A stretch of DNA of 64,000 bases from Dimorphilus gyrociliatus (Eukaryota; Animalia; Annelida): contig CAJFCJ010000003.1 in NCBI GenBank assembly GCA_904063045.1, positions 744,001 to 808,000 on the forward strand. The letters run 5' to 3'. Position 1 is the stretch's first letter; each line of letters opens with the position of its first letter. Below, in pieces: positions 54,147 to 64,000 of this stretch. The notes under the pieces are model-generated. The model was not told the origin of the DNA, did no database searches, and saw nothing but the letters and a program-made list of their open reading frames with translations. A program made the position numbers and the translations under genes.

Positions 54147-57100
54147 TTAATATCTGTTACCAGGTCCACCAGAAAATTGACTTTGAGCAGCTTCGGAAAC
54201 AGCTGTAGCCGCTGTTTTCTACAAGAATACAAGAAAAGAAAATTTAATAAAAATATAACTTCAATAATCAAAAAAAAAAAAACTATTCAATAATGTTTGT
54301 AATGACTTACTTGAACTGTTTTATTACTCATTATATCCTTTGCAAATTCCTGTTGGGCTTTTTCGAAACTTGCTCCTGATCTTCTATAGATTCTGTGGAC
54401 CTATTTTAGATAGTTGAAAAAAGAAAACATTTAATATTAAATATACAATAAATATTTAATCGGAAAAAGACTGAAAAATGATTTAATAGAAATAATAGAA
54501 AAAGTTGATTATGAAAAGAAGAAAGCACCTTTGTTTTTATAAATATATATAATTATCAAAATTATTATTATTCGAAGAGTTTGAAACTGATGAAAAAAGT
54601 CAACTTATTCATTATTATTTGTTTTAAATCATTTAAATATTAATATTGATTTACTAAACTAAGCAATCAAGGTACAAGCAAGACAAAATTGAAAAGAAAA
54701 TAAGCATCAGTAGATATAAGCGAAAATTTTTGCATTACTCTCTCACCCTAATTAACAAGATTAACTGTCCTACTGCTATGATAATGAAAAGGATTCCAAT
54801 TATCAATCTAAATACGGCAACTGGCTTTCCTTTAGTATCATCCTGTCCAAATGACTTAATACCAACGTATACTCCGCTGTTATAAAATAATTATAACCTT
54901 AAGCAATTAACAGATTCATGCAAAATCAATTAATAAATTACTGAAATAAAATAAAATATATTTATGCCAACATTCCGAAACCTTTTCGCTTTTTTAAACT
55001 AGGAAAACTCAAGATGCGTATGGGGAATATAACAAAGAATTACAGACAGGACACTTATTAATTCGTAAGACTTTATATAAATATATATCGTGCTAAGAAA
55101 CCTTTATAAGTAGAGTTACACATCCAACGCAGAAAACGGCAAAAATCGTAGCCAGTAGAAACATGATGACTCCGACAATTTTTGCGGAAGTTGTTTTTTC
55201 AGTTATAACGCCTATGGCGGATAAAAATCCGCTATGTTTTTAAATTATAATATCGATTAATAATTTCGTTAAGACAGGAATGTTGATAAAATAAAATGAT
55301 TTTATATATATATATATTATATAAGTATTTAGGAACAAATGTAATATTTACCAAGTCCCATAGCCAGGTATTCCGACTGCTTGGAATATGCTGACTAAAA
55401 ATTGGAAAAAGAAGATAAAGAAGAATAAAAAGAAGTTAAAGGAAGAATCACTCCTGTTTAAACACATATAGTTATATGTTAGCCTTGGTAATTAGTAAGT
55501 AATCAAGGTATCCTTACCTAAATGCTTTGTATAACGGCCTAAACCAGCAAGCAAACGAACAAGGTGTAAATAGAATAAAATACAATATTGATAGACCAAA
55601 ACTTTGTCCATGACTCTCACCAGCTCCCAAAGCTGCCAAGGCTGCTAGAGTTCCTAACACATTAACTGCCAAACAGCAAGAATAAACGATCCACATAATG
55701 TAACCGATTCTAACAATTTTTTGAAATTCCATTGGGATTTCTACGGAAATATCTTGATAAAAGCATGGTTGTACACAGCATTTTTGCGGCAGAGGAGGAA
55801 AGTTATTAGCACGAACGCCAAATTGCTGATTTCTTAATTCTTGTTCTCTACGTTCAATTTCTGCAGCCTTTTTTTCTAATTCCTCTTGTCGTTTTTGTAA
55901 ATCGTCTGTAGCGACTTGGGCAGCTGATGGTGTATATGCTGGAGGTTCTTCCGTTGGTTTCATAATGGATGGTTGAGTTTGTGCGGGTTGAGGAGGTGGA
56001 ACATGATGAGTCTATAAAATGTCAAGAAAGAAAACAAATTATTTCGATAAATTTTCACAAATTTTCTATAGAACCATAACCAAAAAGCCTCAACCTCTTT
56101 CGTGTTAATAGAACAGAGACAAAGAAATATAAAAACCAACTATATATAGTCTATTAAAAACAGAGAAATCAATTAATAATTCTATTCTATCTTTATAAAT
56201 TTAAATATTTAAGAGATTGAAAAATGAACTGGAATAAAGATATATTGTTCTACTGTATGTAAATAAGCTGTAGGAATGACATATTCAATAGAGCAGTTGA
56301 ATACTGAAATGTATTCATCAGTAATAACATTTTTAGTATTTAATTACTGATTTACAAATTGTTCAAAAAGAAGAACTTATGTCGGATATAGAAATTTTAC
56401 TCTTCTACATAAATAAGTTTAATTTTGATTATTAGCTAACAAATTCAATTCATTAACCCTATAAATTCTATTTGAGCTATTGATTTCTCTACAGCAGTTT
56501 AAAGAATAATTCTGTAACATGTAATCCTTCTTATATATTAGTATCTATATTAATCTTCTATTTAAAGACTTTTCTTTTTAATTTTTGTTTAAAAAAATAA
56601 ATAAAAAGTAAGATAAAAAACTGGTTCACCAAACTAAAAATTTGTATAATTTTGTTTCTACTTAGATATCGTGTTCAGATTCTATTCAGTTTGAATAGGA
56701 TAGTTGTTACTATATATAAACTATTCAGTAACAACATTTATAAAAATACTATTCTCTATTGATGTATTGAATTATCGTTGTTTCTCTTTTACCACTAAAT
56801 CTCACATATTTAACTAAATAATAATTATACGAATTATAATAGCAATTTTTTAACACTTACTTCCTCCTAGTTTGGTTTAAATGAAAGTAAAAATGTAAAA
56901 TATTATTGAAAACACGTATATGTAATAATCTTCTGACTGTCACATGACTTAAATTACTCATTTGAAAAACCTAAAAATTCTTACCGATTGGGCAGCTGTA
57001 TTTTCGGAAAAGGGATTGAATTCATTTATAGTGGGTCTCGATTGACTTTTGGCTTGTTGAACAGCCGGATCCTAATTGATTAATACAATAAATTCAAAAA

Positions 57101-57186
57101 TACTAAAAATTTAATGCTTGTAAACATACCGCGAAAGGATTTGCTGCCTCTGGATCAGCAAATGGATTAGTGTCTGCGTCCGCCAT
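54147..57186 (-). CDS. SCAMP: Secretory carrier-associated membrane protein, with mutually exclusive exons 55102-55231 and 54747-54876
   Basis: N-terminal NPF repeats (TNPFAD, NPFA, FNPF), coiled coil, NNFPPLP, PCFYQDI, E-peptide [37 protein letters not shown]. Confidence 0.95.
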
Positions 57187-57306
57187 TCTATCCAATGTGA
57201 CTGAGAATTATAAGAGATATTTTAATTGTTAATTAATCTAACTAAGCGTATTTTCCAGAAAATTATTTATAAATAATTGTTCCAGGATGAGTCGATTTGG
57301 ATTTAG

Positions 57307-57318
57307 TGCGCATGCGCA
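57307..57318. promoter_or_regulatory. NRF1-type palindrome TGCGCATGCGCA in the divergent SCAMP/SEC24 promoter
   Basis: Perfect GCGCATGCGC. An E-box (CACGTG, about 57444) and an ETS-like TTCCGG (about 57467) lie nearby. A similar CGCATGCGC lies at 33172. Confidence 0.5.
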
Positions 57319-58234
57319 AGTCGTATATTTCCTGTCTTGTTTCGTAAATGAGTTTTTAATAAGAAAAAAAACGTCAGGTTTTAAGTGAAACAAAAATATC
57401 ATTTATTTTACCCGAATTATTTCATCTCGTAAAATCTCGTTGCCACGTGCACCAAAATAAGGTCATTTCCGGTTTGTTGTCGATATTTTCGTCGGCTGGT
57501 TTACAAACTCGACTCTATTGGTTTACTCAAGATTTTCAGGTAATTTACCACTCTTAAAGCATATTTAATATTTTTGGAGACGTCCTACAGGTTTGTTTTT
57601 TTAATACAAAATTCGTGCATTTTAATCATTTTTTAGTTGTCAAAGGTATTGATTTGTACATCGTAGATTAGCAGTACAAGTGAAAATTTAGGATTGCTGT
57701 ACATTAAACTGGGTTATCAAATATATAATTTGATTATTGTATGTAAGATGCCTACGATATCATAAGAATTATTAAGTAAATTAGAATTAAGTGGTATTAA
57801 ATAACTGATCAACTATTCAAAGTCTATCCCCTAGCTGACTGTACTTTTAGAGGGTAACAAATTCCATTAAACAGTTTGTTATACAACTGTAAAGTTCATT
57901 CTATTCTAATACTAAGAAAATTTCTTTTACATAACATTTTAAGCAAATCGTTTTGTATAAAATTGCCACATTTTTTTTAATTGATTCCTTTTTTTTACTG
58001 TCTATTTAAGATTAAAATTTTCTGTATCTTAAGGATTTTATAAATTTAAATATTGATAATTTTTGTTTTTTTTAAAAAGCCAACTCCTTGTCCAAACTAA
58101 ATGAACTAAGTGCTTTTTAGAAGAAGTTAAAATTAAATATATATTTTATGCATAGTAGGAATAAGAGAGGGTAAAAATAAAAAAAAGAACAGTATCTCTG
58201 AAGGAAACTTTGTTCCTAACAGAATATGTAACGA

Positions 58235-61200
58235 ATGAAAAATATGGCTATACCTCCAAACAGAACCGGAATGCCATATAACAACTTCAATGCTGAATTT
58301 CCTTTACAGCAAAACGGCCCGAAACCAACAATGATGCCAGCAAACTCGTTTCCTAATTTGCAACCGCCTAATATACCGCACAATGCATCTGCACCTTCAT
58401 TAGTTTCGTTGCAACAACCTGTAACCTCATATTACGCACCGCCAGCCGATACTAAGGGAATGGCTACAAACTATGGACCACCCATTGGTGGACTTTCGAA
58501 TATGCATATATCATCAACTTGTCCACCCGTATTGAATCCATCTTCAGGTAATTTTCTTCTATTCAATATAAAAAACACTAAGCGAGAACTTTGAAATGTT
58601 TTGTTTATAATCTTTGTACCAAGAACTGTTATCGATAAGAAAATTAGTTATTCAAACCATCAAACATTTAAATTCTCTTTGTTTACAGTAAACAATAGGC
58701 CGAGCACTGTACGACAACCTGGTGTTCCAGCGCCTCTGCCATCGAATTATCATTCATATCCGAATATTCCAATCATGCCTGTGCCTCAAGGACCTACAGG
58801 AATGCAAAATCCCGGACCGACCACATCATCTCGTCCCCCTGGTACTATAAATCAACCCAATATACCAGGACTTCCTCCAGGGTCTCTTCCTCCTCAGCCT
58901 ACAGGTCCATCTGTACCACCTTTGGGAGGTCTTAGTAGACCACCAGTTCCTTCTGGATCGAATGGTCTACCAGTCTCCTCCGGACCGCCAGGACCTATTA
59001 TGCCTCCAGGACCACCTGGACATATTGGGCATAATGGGCCCCCTATATCTATAGGACTCAATGGTCCTCCGGGATTGAATGGACCAAGCGGCCCTCCAGG
59101 ACCTTCAGGAATAAATGGACCGCCTGGGCCTAATGGACCTCCAGGACCTCCTGCACAATTCGGGTCCAATATTTCTTATTCTGGTGGAACTTTTCCTCCT
59201 AATCCGTCAGCACAGTTTAACGCTGCAAGTGCATGCCCTCCACCTGCAATGAGTTCAAATTCAACACCTACTTTCGATAGCAGCAGTCGACAAACTAGTA
59301 CTGGATTTGCTCCACCTCCGTTAACGAGTAGCACCTTAAATACTGGGTTCCCCCCGCCATTAAATACAAACGGTAGAAAGCAAGTATGGAATTTAATGCA
59401 AGAGCGTCAACTCATATCACCAGAAGGATTGGAAACACCCGAACCAACATTGCCCCATGACTGGAAACAAGTTAACTGTTCGCCTGAAATATTTCGTGCA
59501 ACTTTAAACGCAGTACCTGCCACTTCGAATTTATTGCAGAAAGCTCGTCTGCCTTTGGGTGTTCTTATTCATCCTTTCAAAGACCTTTCACAACTACCTG
59601 TTATTCAAAGTCCACAAATAGTGAGATGTCGAGCGTGTCGAACATATATTAATCCTTTTGTCACGTTTGTTGATAGTCGAAGATGGAAGTGTAACTTGTG
59701 CTTTCGGATTAACGATGTTCCTGAAGGTTTTTGTTATGATCCCGTTTCTAGAAGTCATGGTGATCCTCAAAAGAGACCAGAAATTCAGAGTGCAACAGTT
59801 GAATTTATAGCGCCTACTGAATATATGCTCCGTCCTCCCCAACCAGCGTGCTACGTATTTGTATTAGACGTTAGTTTCAATGCTGTTCGCACGGGATATT
59901 TACAGACATTCTGTTCTATGTTGCTCGAATGTTTAGATAATCTACCAGGGGATAAGCGAATGCAAATTGGTTTCTTAACTTTTGACCGAACCGTTCAATT
60001 TTATTCACTTGACGGAGCAGAACCGAAGATGATGATTGTAGGTGACATTGACGATATATTTTTACCTACACCTGAGTCTTTAATGGTTCACTTCCGTGAT
60101 GAAAATAAAAATGTTGTGAAAGAGTTATTGGAAAAGCTACCATCAATGTTTGAAGACAATCAAGAGACAGCCTCAGCTCTTGGCGCTGCTCTTCAAGCTG
60201 CACGTATGATGATAGCAACTACAGGAGGTAGAATAACTGTTGTTCAAACGATCTTACCATCTGTCGGTCCTGGAAGTTTAAAGTGTAGGGAAGATCCAAA
60301 TGACAGAGCCAGTAAAGAGGTGAAAAATTTGGGTCCTGCAACTGATTTTTACAAGTCTTTCGCATTACAATGTTCTGAGGTTCAGATAGCTATCGATTTA
60401 TTTGTACTCGCCTCCCAATACGTCGATTTAGCAACAATCAGCGGCATGGCCAAGTACTCTGGAGGATGTCTTCATTATTACCCAGGAGCTCATGCTCATA
60501 ACAATGTACCAGAATTGGAAAGGTTTGAAGAGGATGTAAGGAGATATTTAACTAGGAAAATTGGTTTTGAAGCTGTGATGAGACTACGGTGCACTAAAGG
60601 GTTGGCTATACATACCTTTCACGGAAACTTCTTTGTGAGGTCTACTGACTTGCTGAGTTTACCCAATGTTAACCCAGATGCTGGCTATGGAATGCAATTG
60701 GCAATAGAAGAAAATTTAAATGAAATGCAAACAGTTTCTTTTCAGGCCGCATTATTATATACTTCAAGCAGGGGAGAAAGAAGAATAAGAGTTCACACTC
60801 TTTGTCTACCAGTTGCAAACAGTATTCAAGAAGTCTTTGCAAATGCAGATCAAGAAGCAATTGTTGGTTTATTAGCTAAAATGGCAGTTGATAAATCGTT
60901 AACCTCTCTATCAGATGCGAGAGATGCTATGATAAATGCAGTTGTTGATATGTTGTCTAGTTATGCTAGTGCAGTAGCAGGAAGTAAAGTTCCTGGAACA
61001 CTTGCCTGCCCGGATTCACTCCGACTTATGCCCTTACTCGTATTAGGATTGATTAAATTTACGGCATTCAGAGTCGGCATTTCAACAAAATTAGATGAAC
61101 GATTTGCAGCTATGGAACTCTGCAAAACTGAACCCTTACAGTATCTAATTCTTCATATATATCCAAGATTTTATCCTGTTCATAATCTGGACACTAAACA

Positions 61201-61612
61201 ATTAATATCGGAGGGTGACGATGATATTCCGCAAGCACCTGTGATGCATCTATCAGCTGCTTACCTGGAAAGAACTGGAGCATACATATTAGATGCCGGC
61301 TCAAAAATGTACTTGTGGTTGGGTAGTGCCATAGATCAAAAATTTGTACAGCAAGTTTTTGGAGTTGAATCGTTCAATAGGGTACCCGATGGATTAACAA
61401 CTTTACCAGAAATTGAAACTGACTATTCAGAGTTATTAAGAAGTTTTGTAGACAATTTAACAAGCAGTAGACCAATGAGTGTTAGTTTACAGCTTGTGAA
61501 AGATGATGGAAAGGGTAGGGCTGCTTTTGCTCAACGTTTAGTTGAAGATCGAACAGAGGGGGCGCTAAGTTATTATGAATTTTTGCAGTACTTGCAGAAA
61601 GAAATCAAATAA
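58235..61612 (+). CDS. SEC24A/B: COPII coat subunit Sec24A/B (coding exons 58235-58547 and 58689-61612)
   Basis: Pro-rich N-terminus, [13 protein letters not shown], Zn finger [12 protein letters not shown]...WKCNLC, trunk [33 protein letters not shown], gelsolin-like C-terminal domain. Confidence 0.96.
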
Positions 61613-62497
61613 TAATTGTCAAAAAAAAATAATAGAATATGAAGAATAATACTTTTTTAGAATTTATTGGGATTCTGGAAAAAAATAATAAACTTATAGG
61701 TTTATAAATATAAACATTTTTTTTGAATGTGCTTTACCATCCTTTTTAAACAATTTGCAATTCGTTTCTGTATTATTTATGAATCATATAAAACGATCTA
61801 AAAATTTAAAAAAATTCTTTTAACATCAGTGCTATTTAGAAAAGAAAGGGAAATAATATATAAGTATATATATATATATTTATGTAATCTCTTTGTGCAC
61901 ATTTAAAAAATGCTGCCTAATTAAGCCAAAAAAATTAAAATGTGTTGTTTTTTCAACGTTTCTTTAATATGATCGTTAAATATCAATAACTTATTTTTTT
62001 AAGGAAAAATAATAAATACTATACACATGAATGTATAATGTATCTGCATATTTTATTTTGGTTTATTGTTTATATTAATATACTCAATTAAATTCTATAT
62101 TAATGAAATATAAGAAAACAATGATTTTATTGACATTTGTGTTTTTTTGCGAATGGGAATAACAATCGCAATTATTTTCATCTTAAAATGAGAAGAAATT
62201 TAGAATATTTTGATATTTTTAGTTAATATTCAATGTATTTATAAAAAATATACTAATACTGATAAGGAGAAACTTCAATTTTTTTCAAGTTTCTTCTTCG
62301 TTGAAACTAAAAGCACCAACATAGTTTTTTTGTTTGCTCTTTTCTCTGTTATTTTTTTTACCTATTCTACCAAAAATTCATTCAGTTTGTATAATTTAGA
62401 GAAATCGGCGGGAAAAACTAAGTCAAAGATTGTTCTTAAATATTGAAGTAAAAAAAGAAGCAAACAAGACAAAACGTAAGGGAAATGAAAGATATGC

Positions 62498-63831
62498 TTA
62501 AAACTCATCGTGTCTTCCTAATGCTTCTCCAAAGTCAGTTGCTTGACTTCCAACAAATAGGTCGTACTTTTCTAACACTTCGTCTTTGGTTAATTTCCCG
62601 TCCTTATAAATATGGATAATATTAATTAGTTACTATTGGTCATGTGATTGTATAGAGAAGAAATATATCACTTACCTTACTAATATCCGCTTCTTGAATT
62701 AAATGTTTGGCTTCTGAATCAGAATGATCGTAATCTTCAGGTATTATCCAATCTTTTACTTCGTCACGATCCATAAAACCGTCTTTATTCTTATCTCTAT
62801 AATTTATAAACTGATCCCTTTCTTCCTTAATCCACGATGGTTCACTTCCATCCCCTTCTTCGTCCTCTTCACGCCATAAATCTCCTTTTTAAGGTTATTA
62901 AATTAATAATACATAGTAAGCTTAGAAGAAAGATAATATATTAACAAATATTTACTTATAAACTCTTCAATATCTATTTTACCATCACCATTTCTATCAA
63001 TGTCCTCAATAGTTTCATCAACAACAACATCTCTCATATATTCTGCGTCTTCCGGATGTAGAAAGTACACAAATTCTTCTCTACTTAACAAACTATCATT
63101 ATTTAAATCAGCCTTATTCCACCTTCTTTCATCTCTTTTAATAAGATTTTTGACACTTTCATCATCTTCTTCAGTTTCGCTACCTGGTCCGTAAGTTATT
63201 CTTTTATAACTTTCAAAGTTTAACAAATTATCTTGTAAATCGTTTTTAAAGTCTTTCCAATGGTTATCAGTGTCTGTGGAGGTATATCGAGTTTGTACGT
63301 ATTGTATCCAAGTACGTAGTTCTCGTTCAGTAACAAAGCCATCACCATCCTTATCGATTTTATCATAAATTTTCCTGAAATGAAAGAATTTACTTAACTC
63401 CAAATACAATTGTTTGATTATGGATTTAACACGTTCAAATGTCTAATGTGACACTTTGAATAAGCTAAAACTGTGTATATGACGTGTATAGTTTATAAAT
63501 AGGTTGACAAACCCCAGTTTTTCTTTGCTTTCTGTTGGTGATAAATTTTCAAAGTCTTTAGCCTCATTCCTTCCTAAGAAAGCTTCATGATCGAACTCGG
63601 AATTGTGAAGTTCACCAGCTCCATGATCAATATCACTCAGTTTCTGTTGATTTTACAAAAATTAAATAACTATTTTAAAATATAAATCATTTTCTTTTCC
63701 ATGATTTTTTTTATGATAAAATTACAAACCTTTTCTAAAATTTTATTTAATTCTCTATGAGGTTTTGGTATAGCGGAAAACGTGGCAGATACAATTAGAA
63801 ATGAAAAAATTATATGACAATAAGTTTTCAT
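62498..63831 (-). CDS. CALU: Calumenin / CREC-family multi-EF-hand ER protein
   Basis: Signal peptide [19 protein letters not shown]; [28 protein letters not shown]; EF-hands [34 protein letters not shown]; C-terminal HDEF. Confidence 0.93.
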
Positions 63832-64000
63832 AATTGATTATTCGTGATAAAAAAATTCTATTCTATCTGAAAATAAAATAAGTTGAAAGTAATTAAGTAG
63901 TAACTACCTAACTTTTACATTTGTTCTAAATTGGTTCGGATGGCATTATTTTACTACCTTAGCTGAAAAAAAAGAGTTTGTCGTGCTCCTGATCCGAACC

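Noticed and set aside
63933-64000. 9-bp inverted repeat GGTTCGGAT...ATCCGAACC with a terminal CTGA, resembling a tRNA T-arm or snoRNA
   Set aside because: There is no cloverleaf and no box C, and it is truncated by the window edge. It probably belongs to the calumenin 5' region.

Overview
Eukaryotic animal genomic DNA: AT-rich and gene-dense, with mostly 50-70-nt GT-AG introns. This fits a compact spiralian genome such as the miniature annelid Dimorphilus (inference only). I find no prokaryotic systems, CRISPR arrays or transposons. Gene order: CFAP276-like(-), PLCXD(+), three tandem divergent TRPV-like channels(+), SLC25A17(-), an orphan two-TM PY-motif protein(+), MRPL58/ICT1(-), a peptide-type GPCR(+), ABCF2(+), ARNT(-), a type-B carboxylesterase(+), two tandem receptor guanylyl cyclases(+), a secreted Reeler + about 29 EGF protein(-), HADH(-), SCAMP(-), SEC24A/B(+), calumenin(-). 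The strongest observations: (1) SCAMP has two tandem 130-nt exons of identical phase, a mutually exclusive pair absent from the ORF track, with Rbfox/MBNL-type motifs and a candidate 6-nt microexon. (2) The two guanylyl cyclase paralogs share a 602-bp identical tract that includes an intron. (3) The TRPV-like trio has an unrecognised N-terminal domain, a shared S6 Asn-to-His change and different pore filters. (4) The carboxylesterase lacks a signal peptide and ends in the peroxisomal signal SKL. (5) The Reeler-EGF gene is expanding by a 167-bp exon+intron unit. All alignments and splice calls were made by eye, without searches.
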